In this document: positions 14,597 through 28,200 of the stretch, piece by piece
Layout of the letters: every line of letters begins with the position of its first letter
Numbering within the stretch: position 1 is the stretch's first letter
NCBI GenBank assembly: GCA_012295275.1
Contig: CM022678.1
Location: forward strand, 8,928,001 to 8,992,000
DNA from: Chrysomallon squamiferum
Lineage: Eukaryota > Animalia > Mollusca
Direction: 5' to 3'
DNA: 64,000 nt
Translations under genes and position numbers: made by a program
The notes under the pieces: generated by a model
Told to the model about the DNA's origin: nothing
Seen by the model: the letters and a program-made list of their open reading frames with translations, nothing else
Databases searched by the model: none

Positions 14597-17500
14597 TATG
14601 CATCTATCACAGCATCTGTACGTTGTCATTAAGTTATATTTTGTTAAAGTGAATATAATTTTCTATTCAGCGAAAATTAAAAATAAAGATGATTTATGTG
14701 AATTTTTATACAGTGTAACAAAATTAAAAAGTAATTTCAAAACCCATCACAGCACGATTTATAGTCGTAAGAGATTAATGTAATAGGCCTTGAACAACGT
14801 AGACCTTCCCGTTGTAATTAAACAGAGATTACTGGTAGCAAATGAAAACAGCTACTGAAATCTCTATGTCTATAGCCCAGTTTGCATTCATTATTTCCCT
14901 TTCTTTTTCTAAGGTTGATCAAAAATAATGCTGATAATTACAGATCTATTACATATCTAAGTTGTCTTGGAAAGCTTCTTAACTTCAGTTGTGTGTTAAA
15001 ACAAATAATATACTATTTGAAGTACTAGAAGAATTACAGTTTTCACATTAAACTGATTTTACATGGAGATATGATCATGGTGTATACAAATAAATCTTGC
15101 CTAAAACCGACTTTGCATATGACTGTGCGTGAGCGTGAGCGTGCAAAACATTGACGGCAGTTTAGAAATATTTATGGGAAATATAGGCCTAACGATGGGT
15201 TTAATCTTTTCTCAAGATAGATCTGAGATATGTCTATTCGACATATTTATATTTCCCGCCGTTCTTTCTACGTCACTGGAAATCTTTAGTTGAAAATTGT
15301 TCCGTCATTTTTAAATTGACATCAATGGCTGAAAAAGGCAATCGTTTTGAAGAAAACGATAGCTTATTTTAATAGTTTTTATCAAAAGAATTTCTTTGTT
15401 TTACAAGTAACGAAAATTAGGGAGTATTGAAAACAATACAAGTGAAAGTGAGACTAACTCCTACAAACTCTCGTTACAATGCAGATACCTATGTGTGAAC
15501 GTGGAGTGTGATTTATTGATTTTTGGTAGCCTTCGAGTTTACTTGTTGTTGGTTTTTGGCAGAGGTTTCTACGTTTTTCTCTTTTACTAATCAATTCTAA
15601 TCAAATCTAACAATTTTCTCAACATTAATATAGGCAGTCGAAATCAATCTAGTCAGCCACACGGAACTCTTTTTTTTCTCTTTTATTTTACTTTCCTGTT
15701 TGTTGTATTTACTTTCATATGTTTTTATTTAACATTTCAGCACGTCAGGAAAAGAAACCCGAAAAGCTGAATGTACCCTTCATTTGATTAGTTTCTACTT
15801 AGCTATTGATAATAGAACTAATAGAATAGGTTCAAACATTGATTTCAGCAGTTGTTATCTTCATCAAAACACACACACACACACACATACACACACACAC
15901 ACACACACATTTGTTTTAAGAGAAATTAGTTTAAATGTTGTGCCATTATGAATGTTTGATGGGATTATTTGTTTTCATTCTGAGTTGTCATAGTTGTACA
16001 ATTGTTATTTTAATTTTTTTTTTTTTTTTTCAGACCATGTTTTCAGACTTATATCAAACAAAACTGGTACATTCCTGGACAATAGTAAGCAACTTATTGT
16101 AGTGTGATTTGTAAGCTTTGTGATTTAATTCAGTTTATAAATATAAATAAATAAATAAAAGAAAAAACGTGGGGGGGGAATAACAACACCGTTTATTTGA
16201 AGTTTTCGTCAATGATTGGCTAATAATAAAATAATAAAAATAATAATAATAAAAAGATAAAAAAAATAACTACATCGATTTTAATTAGTCCGTATATTTT
16301 AATAAGGTTTGTAATGTTCCTTTATTTTATCTTATTTGTTTTGAATTTATTTATTTTTTATTTTATTATTTTTAGGATTGTACTTTCGGATAAATGCGGG
16401 ATGATTGTCGGTGTTTACGGATTTACTTTTTTATGTGACGTTCGAAGAATCTTCTACAGAATCGGGGTAATCGCATTAAAAAAGTTGCGTAAAGTATTTC
16501 ATTTTGTGAAGGAGACAGGTAGTACTATTTATTATTATAGCTGTTAATGTGTTTGGATGTTTTTGGTTTTATTTAATTATAATTTAAAAGTCATTGCAAA
16601 CGTGATTGCAGCCATCTTATTCGGGAACAATATTAATTAATTAATTAATTAATTACTTAATTTTTCTTCTTTTTTTTCTTTCTAATAACGACACTCGATT
16701 AAAAATACAATTGGCCAGTGTTTGTACTAATGTAACATATAAACAACGTCATATAAACAATAAATCATGTTTAGTCTTTAATTTTGTTTTACCAATCACT
16801 GTATTAGTGTATGATGTATCAGCCTGTTATAGGCAAATTTGTGTGTGGCCAGTAATTAAATTTGTTTTAAAAGAAACTGACATGTGTAGCACACACCTAA
16901 GTAAACACCACACAACAACTATATGTCAACTAACAGGATTTTTTATTGTTCTTGTTGTTTATTTTATTTATTTATATTTTGAAATAGACTAATAGAACAA
17001 AAGAAAATATATTAATTTTCTTTGACAGGTTGTTTTCTGTCAGGTTATTTATGATTTATTATTTTTAAAGATTTATGTTAAATTGCTGACTTGCTCTATT
17101 CATTATCAAACAGATTTAAATGGTTTTTTTTAACCATATTAAAGGTTATAATGGGTGGGGCCATAAATGCTTTCATATTGTTAAAGCTAAATAACTGTAT
17201 AGCTCTATGTTAACATCAAAAACTAATAAAGATGAATACAAATTTAATAAAAATATGACCAGGTTATTTCATATGCAGACACTGTAAAATATTAATAAAA
17301 TTATTTGTTATAATAATATTTAACACCCACACAGACACACCCACACCCACACACACACACACACACATAATTTGTAACCGTAATCAAAAAAGATATTAGT
17401 ACAATCTCCAAGCATGAAGCATTACTAAAATGATTCAGTTTTGAAGTAGGTGTTTTATGCTGATAATATGACTAATACTATGACATCAAAAACTATTTAC

Positions 17501-17949
17501 ATCTGTATCTATAGATAATGTACCTGGTTGACATTATTTGCTTGATGTATTACAAAATGTTCAACTCATACAGTATAAACCTATGAATGTACAAGGTCTG
17601 AATTCTGTCAGTTCTGAGTTTGTATAGTATGTGTCTGCAGGCATCGAAATAAGGATTTTGTCTGGTAACCCATTTTGAGGTTACCACAAAACAGGACCTG
17701 GTAACCTAATTTATCAAGTTTATGATTCCCATTATTATTGTTGTGAAATCCCTTACATACATGCATGGTGAACAGTATAATATGTTTGTTATTTATCCAT
17801 ATCACTATTCTCATTTATTAATACTTTGTGTATAGGTATAGTGTACTGCATTTAATAACTAAACAATACAATAAAACAAATCATGACAAGTTGTGTTGTT
17901 TTTAGTCAAACAATAGTGATATGAGAATCTGAATGATGAACTTGTTTCA

Positions 17950-19560
17950 GTTAGCACTGTGAGTTGTCACTGTCATCAGTGTCTGAAGTATCAACTGTTT
18001 CACTTCGAGCATCATCCAAGTCCTCTGAACCTGATGTTGTAATAGCAAGAAAGTCCTCTACACACATTAGTTCAAATACAGGTTATTTTTATCACATCTG
18101 AAGAGGGCACAGGTAAGTAGGAGTCGTGTGAGTCTTACAATGAGTCTACAATCAGGTTGTCTGTTGTACAAGATTCCGGTCTTTTTCTTTGTTTTTTACT
18201 CATCTGCATACAGGGAAACAGCTTTGTAAGATTTTGTTCATATGAAGGGTCACAGTTTATAAGTGCAGGCAGGTTAATTCTAATCACCAGCACATCATCC
18301 AGTGTAGAATTGGACATGTTCAACCTGGTATTTGTTAACATCTGATTGAGAGCGCTTATGCACGTCTCAACATTTGCACTAGAAAGTGCAACCGCCAAGG
18401 TAATTTCAATGACAAGAAGAATGTATTATGGATATTCAGTGTGATGATGACTGAATACCACATGCCTTGTTTACTTTGGAAGTGAATGAACTTGTTTGCC
18501 ACAAGTTTCTTTAAACCCCTCCATTCAGTAACAGCCATATCTAGGGCAAAGTTGTGGTAAGCTAGGCTTTCAGCAAAATGTTTAGATAACAGTTTAATTT
18601 GTTAGAAGCCATATTTTGGATGAGATATATCCCACTGAGTGTGATCAGCTATATTCATTGCCTTGAAGATAGGGTCATTGAAAGACTCTGTTTGTTTAAT
18701 CAGCTGTGTTGAAATTGCTGGGATCAGTTTTGTTCTTACATGTTTCACAGTCTCTCATCCCTGGTGAACATGGGTCAGAACAAACTTTTCTTTTATTGTG
18801 GTAAAAACTTTTTCAGCTTGTTTTTCTTGCTTGTTACTCAACTGATTGTCTTGTTTGAATTTTACACTTGCTGTAAGATTGGTAGCCTCTGCTGTAATGG
18901 TTGCCTTGTGACCATCTTCGCTGAGAGTATCTGGAAATGGCAGATCACTATGATCAGCAGTAAGTGTATTGAGTTCATCTACAGTTGATTTCATTGTGTC
19001 AGTAACATCTGTGACTAATGGAGTTGCATTCTGAGCAGCATATGACAAATGGGCAGTTTGTTTCAGAGTGAGTCTGTAGGGATGCATAGATTCCAGATAT
19101 CCATAACTCAGCCATGTGTTGTGGTACCCCTTTAATCTAGCCTTTTGGTCTGGTTTGCAAACTTTGCAGAACAATGAATTATTAACAACCATTCCCTACC
19201 TTCAGTTTTCACTACAGTTAGAGCACCATTCAGTTTACCAACATTAACTTTTGCTCCATCTGATCAAGCACAAATAAGATATTTTGTGTACTTTTCACCA
19301 GGAAAGCATCATCTATAGCACATGTTTGATACAGTCTGCAGTTGCTCCACCGAAATTGCTCATTTTTTTACATTTAAGTAATAGGTTCAACAATCTTCAC
19401 ATAAATTAATTTGTTTTCGTCTCTAGTTTTGCAAGCTTCTGTGTCATCATGTTCAAATGACATAAATTTGGCACATAGTATCATCTGTTTGATATCATCC
19501 CTCATAACCACCCATAATGCTGTATTGCTATGATTCTGAACTGCTTTGTGAAAATTTTTT
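17950..19560 (-). mobile_element. hAT transposase relic (ZNF862-like), pseudogenised
   Basis: Minus-strand motifs in order: DDTEACKTRDENKLIYVK (first catalytic D region), DGAKVNVGKLNGA (DGA.V..G...G), MHPYRL (HC..HRL-like), LSSANVETCISALNQMLTNTRLNMSNSTLDDVLVIRINLP (hAT dimerisation domain), then an acidic tail. Multiple frameshifts and stops; TIRs not located. Confidence 0.8.
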
Positions 19561-20234
19561 TTTTGCCCATTTTTTAAATATTTCCATGTGAATGGATTCG
19601 ATTTTATTAAACTGGTGCTACGTTTAAATTCAGTACTGTTGCAAACTAAATGACATCACCCTGTCGACCGACCGTCACTAAACATGTGACATCACACCGT
19701 GGATGCATCTAACAAGTGGAAGCATTAGAATTCGGTGGGTGGTAACTTTGGTGGAATTACATAAGTGAAAAAAAAACAGGTTGCAATGATGTTTATCGCT
19801 GAAAGTTTTGGAAAGGAACTTAGCTGTTCATTGAAGGATTTTGTCAACTTTATTGATTGGTGGTAACATGAACAAGCGTTCTCGACTTATTTTGATGCCT
19901 ATGTCTGTGTGTGATGGTATTTTAAACATTTCTAGTTTTCTTTGTTCTTACAAGTCTTGAAGAATTGAAAAAGAAGGATGCAAGCAAGTTAGAAGTGCTT
20001 TATTTGTTTAAGTGATCAAAATTGTTCTCAGCTTCCCTTCTTTATTTTAAAATTTACTAATTGTCAGTTTTAATTTATTTATTTACATTTTGTTTTGTTT
20101 TGTTGTACTTCCTTCTTTTTTATCTTCTTCTTAGTATATTACTACTAGTCCTTTTTATTACTGTTATGTTGATTTTTTATTATTATTAATTTTTTTTAAT
20201 CTTTATTATTATTCATTTTCTTTTACAATGCTAG

Positions 20235-20960
20235 GGAGACAGCATCATTGACTGCAATATCACTGAGAGCAGTGCATCCACCACCACAATTTCCACCAAC
20301 AACCTAACTGACAAAGCTAGCTTTCATTGTGGCCAAATATTCTAGATCCCTCCAGTGACAAGACAAAATCCATGACAGAACTTTTGCTGAAATTAAATGT
20401 CTAAAAGATGCTTATAGATATATCGATGGTTACATGCAGCATGGACAGGAACAAGAAGGAAAGAGCAGAGCACAATTGACGTCTGCGTTCTTGTGAAAAC
20501 AAGTTGATGCTAGTGAAAAGACTTCATCTGCTATGCTGCCAAACAAAAAACCTGGCAGATTACTGCGATGGCTCTGCATGACGGTGGCAAAGGCAACAGC
20601 CAGGAAGCTGAGCAGCAGGTGATGTCTGAGCTTGCCACTCTTATACTGAAGCTGGATGTGAAGATAAAGAAAATAGAGAGAAGAAAACAGAGGCTGGAGC
20701 TGCAGCAGAACAAGATGAGACAGAGACTGGGGAAGGCAGCGTTCATGAGAGTGATGTTTTGTCACATTGACGATTCGAAGGACCAAGCTAGTCCTATACC
20801 TGATTCAGAGTGTGACCAGTGCATCATGAAATGTAGATACCCTACATCAGCATTACACAAATTCAGGCCATTTTCCAGATAATGGATACAATAGACTATT
20901 GCTAATGTGAATCAAGTAATGTGTCAGGCCTATGTTAGAATGTTTTCAGAAGCCTAACAG
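20235..20960 (+). pseudogene. CAMSAP: CAMSAP/Patronin central exon remnant with CC1 coiled coil
   Basis: SELATLILKLDVKIKKIERRKQRLELQQNKMRQRLGKAAFMRV (in ORF 20568..20882) matches CAMSAP_CC1 (SEL..L...LEEKR..IE....K.E.....R..LGK.AF..V). Upstream TFAEIK resembles the CAMSAP TSFAE.K motif. Flanking frames are broken. Confidence 0.85.
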
Positions 20961-21325
20961 GCAGGGTATGTTTTATTAGTTTATATGTGTGTATGTGTTG
21001 TGTGCATGTGTGTGAGTGTGTATTTTTATTTCTTAGTAATTAAATAAGTTTTATAGTAACAACTCTTTACTAATTGTAAAATAGCATAATAATAATAATT
21101 ATTTATTTTCTATTGTTTTGTTAATTATTTAAATTATTACCATTTTTAATCATTATCATTATAATGAATATACATAGTATATCAAAAATATCCCACACCC
21201 CTTTGTGTCTGAATAATCCAGTAACTGGTACCAGTACACTTTAAGTTTTAATAATAACAGAAACATTAGTTATTTATTTATAACAGTTTATTATTTTTAT
21301 TATTTTATTTTAATTTTTTTATCAG

Positions 21326-21608
21326 AATGCATATAATTGATGTGCTGATGTTGGCTAGTGAAGTTGTTTCAGTAGAAGGTGCTGTCCAGCACTGAGGATA
21401 AAGTTCATACCACTTGAAAAGAGGAAAATAAACCTGAACAGGTGAATTTGAGTTTGTTTTCTCATTATTCAAAACCTAATGAAGTTTAATTTGATTTAAT
21501 GTAGGAAGTTGCATTTTGTGACATATATAAGTAAGTACACATGCACATACATCAGAACCTTGTATCACTACATTTTATTTCATGTTTCTCTCTCTGTCTC
21601 TTTCTCAA

Positions 21609-21640
<32 letters not shown>

Positions 21641-23175
21641 ACACAACACTTCCATTCAAATAAACCTGATTATTTTGTTGTAAATTCCTATATTTTAAAA
21701 GAAAAGAAGAAGCATCATATTTTATGAGTATTTTAAAATATTTAAACAGATAGAACTGTCAGCCTTCACACAGTGTCATTGTTCCTGTGATGACAGAGCT
21801 ACTAAAATACATTGGAAATGGATGTACTGTAGCTGTTGTCTATATTTATGTTGTCTGCAGTCTCTCAATTTTCATGGTTTGTTTAATTTTTGTAAATAAA
21901 ATAATGAATCAGGTGGTAATTTTAAAATATATGAATCTTAATAACTAGTTAATCAACAACATTAATATTAAAATATTAGGTCTGGGTTTCTTTTTTGGTT
22001 TTGAATATGACATGTATGTAAATCTTTTGCTCTCTCTCTTTCTCTCTCTGACAGATGCATATATAACTACAAAGGTAAATAAATAAACTTGTTTTTCAGA
22101 AACTGCTCTGTACACATGAAGAGCTAATTCTGTGAGCTCACCACAGGAGAGAAATGTCATCAAAGAATATGGCAGAACAGGAGCATCTACAGAGGTTGTT
22201 GTTATAGTAGTAAAATTAGTCATTGCTATTGTTGTAGTAATGTAGTTGTTACATCATTAGTACTTGAAGCATTATTAATAATACTGCTTGTTATAGTAAT
22301 AGTATTAGTCATTGCCATTGTGGTAGTAATGTAGTTGTTACAGCATTAGTACTTGAAGCATTATTAATAATACTGCTTGTTATAGTAATCTTGTTGAATT
22401 GATCTTGGTGATGTTTTAGCTGATGATGCTATCTCCATAGCTTTGTGATAGTAATGTATCTTGTGAGGCTCATGGTGTTTGTAGTCAGATTACTGGTTGT
22501 AGTGGCAGTAATAGTAGAAGTAGCAGTACTAATAGTAGTTGTTTTTAGAGAAATTGTTATGATAAATGTAACAAGAAGAGTAATGTAACAGCAGAGATAG
22601 TAGTAGTAACAGTAGTCATAGTTGTTGATGTTGTAGTAATTATATTAGTATAAAGAAATACTGACATAGGACTAATTGTGAAGAGTGCAAAAATATCACT
22701 TTTATTATTAATGGATAGTAATTTTAGTAATAGGAGTATTATTTCAATAACAGTAGCCCTAGTTGAATAAGAAATAATAGTAAATATTTGTTATAGTAAT
22801 GTTGGTAATAAAAGTAGCATGAAGTTTGCAGTAAATGTAGTAGTAGCAGTAGCAGTATTTTATTTATTTTATATTTTTTACTGTATTTTATTTATTTATT
22901 TATTTACTCAAACTAGGCAGTGCACCCACCAATGTGACTGACTCAGACCTGGACACTGAAGTACCACGTCAGACTACAACAAATCTTAAATTGAGAGTCT
23001 TACACCAGGTCACCAATCTCAACAGTAAAATGTCAGAGAGAAAACTTGAAAAACTTGAACATGCTAAAACCAGGCAACGCAAAAACATCAAAATGAAACC
23101 ACTTGGCAGACAACTGTGATGGCTGTATGTGACAGTGGCAAAGACAAAAGCCTGGAAGTTGAGCAGCAGGTGACT
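21326..23175 (+). pseudogene. CAMSAP: CAMSAP/Patronin fragment copy A (collapsed CH exons and downstream exons)
   Basis: 21326-21441 carries IDVLML..SEVVSVEGAV fused to the tail of the next exon. ~21750-21876 reads VPVMTELLKYIGNGCTVAVV. 22100-22195 and 22915-23175 are paralogous to 61466-61572 and to 62022-62290 / 20555-20625. Confidence 0.75.
22200..22390. repeat. ~89-bp tandem duplication
   Basis: GTTATAGTA...TTAGTCATTGC...GTACTTGAAGCATTATTAATAATACTGCTT occurs twice in tandem. Confidence 0.8.
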
Positions 23176-25439
23176 TAGTATACTTCCATTGGCACTGTTT
23201 TATTTCTTTTTAGTTTTTATTTGTACTAGGAGAATCAAAACAGTTTCATTTTTAACTCACAAAAAAACCAAAAAAAAACCAAGAAGTACATGACTTAAGG
23301 AATGAAGTTGAGGTATTTGTGAAATCAGTTCATAAAGGAAAACAGATCTATGTTAATTTTGTTGAAGGTGTTTCTGAATGAAAAATTCTTCTTTAGCTTT
23401 AATTCATCTTTATTTTAGATTTTTTTATCTTTCTAGCTTTAAATTATCTTTCAGTAAATAATTTGAACTTATAACTGCATTATTAAATCTCATTAGATTA
23501 CAAAACAAAAGATTTTAAACAAGGTTATATTTCAATTTTTAGTTTACTATAATTATATTGATTCATGCTGACTCAATTTATTGAGCCGTTTTACAACAAG
23601 GAAATACCAGTATTTACTCAATAATCTTTCTATTAGGTTTTACTGAATGATCTTTCATCTGGGTATCACATATATTTATAGGAATTGAAGAAACCAGTAT
23701 TCTAATGTGTGGATTTTAACTGTATATTTTCAGAAATTAAATCGGCTTGTTAAGGATAAAAATATTCAAGAAATTGTTTCTAAATACAAAGTCAAATTGA
23801 CAGTTTGGAACAAAGAGCAGCTTTAGTCTCCAATAAAGTTGAAGTATTTGGTGCTGTCCAGCAGGTATTTAAATACATTATTCATTGTGAACCTTTCCAT
23901 TTTATTTCAGTTTTAAATATTTCCTCAGTCTTTCACAAAATTCTATGCAAAATATTTTTCTTATACTGAATTAACCATCATATATGAAAATATAATATAT
24001 TTGTGTTTTTGTAAACTGATGCACTGAAAATTAATAGAATCAGTGTAAACCTTGTAATAATTTGCATGCCAGCCTAATAGAGTAGTGAACAGAACATTTG
24101 TATAAAATTGTAATTTTCTGTTATAAATATCTCACTCTAAACTGAAATACAAACATTTATTACTTCATTTGGTATCACTAAAGATATTTACAGTATTTTG
24201 AAATTTGGTATAACGGATGGAATTTTATGGATTTGAAAGGTTGTAAAGATGCATAAATTGGCTTGAAAGATTTATCTTCTTTTCTTATTTTATCACATGC
24301 ATGTGTAATGTTGTCTTTGTTTTAAATACATTTTACTGATCATTATTGTAATTATTGTCTGAATGAACAGGATAATTGTGGTTTATTTATAAGAAAAATA
24401 TATTTCATTAATGGCAAAAAATAAATTACATTAAAGTGGCAGGAAAGAATATTACAATTAAATGTTTTAATTAATCAAATAATTTGTTATTAATGATGTA
24501 ACTATAACGATTGTTAAGGTTAATTAAAGATTCTCAGAATAATCTCAAATGTATTTTCATCATGTTAGTATATTAGTATTTCAAGTAGAATCTGAATTAG
24601 AAAATCATTTTCTTTCTGTCTGTTGTAATACTATATAGGTTTAAAATGTTTATTTACTTAATATTCCTGGCAGTCATCTTAAACAGGACTAAAGCATAGT
24701 GTAAATATCAAATTTTACCAAGTTACATAATTATTCAAATATATTAAAAAATATTTTTCATAAGCTCTTTTGCTGATGTATTGCTGTTTTAATCTTTTTA
24801 TATCAAAGTTAAAAAATAATATTAAACTGATTGAAATTAAGAATATAAAAATATTTAATAAATTATTTTTATTACTAATATTGTATGGGAAAAAATAAAA
24901 CTCTTCTTGCTAAGACAGTGAAATGCAGTTAGAGCTGACAACAAAAATACCACTTGCACTTTATTTTATGTTTAGTTTATTAATGAATATTATATTTTGT
25001 TGTAGGATCCTAGACAACAGAATCAAGCTGCCTCAGCCAGCACTTCAGTTGAAAATGCTGTAAGACACATTTTCAGAAAAGATTAACTAGAGCACCAGAA
25101 TGCTATTACTTCACAGTCTTCCCTGTCCAGAGAAAGCTCAACACTTTCAAGAGAAAATCTGTAAGATCATAAAATCAATCTAATTTGAATTTTGAAACCT
25201 CAGTGATCTCCAAGAGACTGCATTGTCAATATTTTCAGAACATCCAGTGTACACATTGTACTTCATAGCAGCTTGCACTGTTTTTATCATTGATGTGTAT
25301 GCATGGTTATTCTAATTTTTATTGCTGAAAGAGGAATAAAGATTCATCACTGCTATGGAATGTCATTTTTCTAAATAACCTAAAATTAATGTGATAGTGC
25401 ATAGAGGTGTTACATTATTTTGATCATCAAATTTTTGTA

Positions 25440-26060
25440 TTATTTAAATCAAGGAAAATGAAGGGTTAATCAGTGTAAATATATTTAAAATTATGTAATT
25501 AGGGTAATTAGAATCCTTTATTTAAAAAAAAAAATTTAAAATTTAAAAACCAAAAAAAAAATTATTTTTTATATTTTTTGTAATATTATTTAAATCGGGG
25601 GAAAATTAAAGGGTTTAATATATTTAGAATTATGTAATTAGGGGTAATTAGAAATTTTATTTAAAAAAAAAAGAAGACTTTTTTTAATTATTATTATTAT
25701 TATTTGCATCAGGGGAATTCAAGGGTTTGCTGGGGGTAATCATTGTATAAATATATTTAAAATTATGTAATTAGAATTTTTTATAACCCCCCCACAAAAA
25801 AAACAACAAAAAAAACAACAGTATTAAAATTAGGTGAAAATAAAGTGTTTGCTGGGGAAATCAATTTAAATATAATTGAAGATGATGTAATTAGGAGAAA
25901 TTATAATTTTTTTTTATAAAAAAGCAACTAAAAGAAACCAACAGTTTTTTCCTTATCATATTTAAATAAGGATAAATCAAGGGTTGCTGGGAGTAATCAT
26001 GGTATAATTATATTTAAAATTATGTAATAAGGGATAATTAAAATTTATTTATTACAACAA
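25440..26060. repeat. Degenerate ~115-145-bp tandem repeat (~5 copies)
   Basis: Recurrent AAGGGT...AATATATTTAAAATTATGTAATTAGGG..ATTAGAAT followed by A/T tracts. Confidence 0.7.
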
Positions 26061-26839
26061 CAAAAAAAAAAAAAGAAAAACAAAAAAGAAGTTTTGGATG
26101 TAAAGTCATTTATGATAGACATTTGAAGATATACATGAAAATACCATGTCTGATTGTAAATATCTGTGTTTCTCATTTTATCATCCTTACTGTATGAAAA
26201 TTATTCGGCTTGTATTTTATTTTTAGATATGAAAAGTAAATTATATTTTAATTATTTATCACAGATGCAAGTTGAAATATAGTGTTCTTGGAACATACCT
26301 ACATGTTTATATTGATTCCTCTTTACACAACTTTATATGCATTTTACAAGATATATTATAATTCAATATTTGTCTTTTGTTGTATTAAAAGTGAGAAACA
26401 AATAATAATTCTTGTTCATTCTAAAATGTAATACAAATTCTTTGATACATTATGGATTAAAGTTCCATAGAGGCCCTTCCTGGAATGATAGCAAATATAT
26501 TGTATCTCTCCTGTAACCAAAACTTATTTTTTTCTTTTATTTTCTTTTCTTTTTTATTTTTTTGTGTTGGGGCTCTTACAAAGTTCTGTATAATGTACTT
26601 ATATTAAATTGTTTTTAAAATTTTTTTATTATGTTTACATATTAAAGAAGAAAAAAAATTCACAATATCTGAATGTTTCATTCCTTATACTAGCAAATGT
26701 TAATTCATTTTGTTGTTAAATAACAAAGTCATGAATTAAAAGTATCTAAGTGTTTGTGGTCATGTGTGTGTATATGCGTGTGTATGTGCACCTCTTTACT
26801 TGGTAGTTTGAAACTCATTTTAATGAATAGAAAAAGACA

Positions 26840-26989
26840 ATTGTTGTTGTTATTATTATTATTATTATTATTGTTTCATTATTATTATTACTACTATTGC
26901 AATTATTATTACTATTACTCTTATTATTATCATTATTATATCATTATTTATTATTTTTATTATTATATTATTTTACTTTATTATTATTA

Positions 26990-27067
<78 letters not shown>

Positions 27068-27680
27068 GTAATGACAGTCTTTGACTAGGAGTAGTGAGTA
27101 TAAATAGAAAAAATACAGAAAGGGTTTCCAGATTAAAAGCCTTTTTTTTATTAAGATTATTAAAGACTTGAGGTAATGTTATATTGATAACTAGAGGTAG
27201 AATGGTAAACTTTGACTTAGTAGTTTAAGTCGGTGTATAGAGAGACATGCAGTGTTAGTTTACACTGAAACACTGATTAGTTTGTAGTCTGTAGAGATCA
27301 TCTGAGAATAAAAGTCATTAATGTAATATTTTATTATGTGTCTCTATTCATTTATCCTTTCATTTATCTATCTGTTTACACATCCAGTGTCTTTGTGAGT
27401 GTTTGTGTCTGAGTTTGTGTGTGTGTGTGTTTGTGTGTCTGTGTGTGTGTGTGTGTGTAAATATGACTGTTTATGTGTGTTTGTATATTTGCATATGAGC
27501 ACCTGTATGTGCATGTGTAGTACTAGCACATTAATAGTAAATATGCAATTATTTGTGTACTTTGTGTCTGTATGTAATAAAGTGGGGTATATGTTGTATG
27601 TGTGTTTGTTCAAGTGCATTTGTACATGTATTTATGTGAGACTGTTTATGTCTGCAGCCTACCAATTATATGTGTGTGTA

Positions 27681-27712
<32 letters not shown>

Positions 27713-28200
27713 TATGTGTGTATGTATGTATGTATATATGTATGTGTGTGTGTGTGTGTGTCTGTAAGTGTGTGTGTGTTTATGTGTTTGTGTATGTATG
27801 TCTGTGTGTATGTATGTGTGTATGAAACACTGGGTGGAGTTGTTGATTATCAACCTGCTAAACACTTGTTTATTAAACACTCTTTGTGTTCAGCTCAAAC
27901 ATCCTGTTTCCAAGCTAAATGAACCAACTCCTGGCCTGTCCTTATCATTTTATTTATTTTTTTATTTATTTATTTATTTATTTGTTTTATTTATTTATAC
28001 ATTTATTCATTTTTATTTATTTATTTATTTATTTTTCTTTATTTCTTTATTTGTTTTTATTTATTTATTTATACATTTATTCTTTTGTATTTATTTATTT
28101 TTCTTTCTTTATTTATTGGCTTTTATTTATTTATTTATACATTTATTCATTCATTTTTTTTTTTTTTATTATTATTTTTGTATATATATATACAAATAAG
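26840..28200. repeat. Low-complexity block: (ATT)n, degenerate (TG)n, (TTTA)n
   Basis: Direct reading. Confidence 0.85.
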
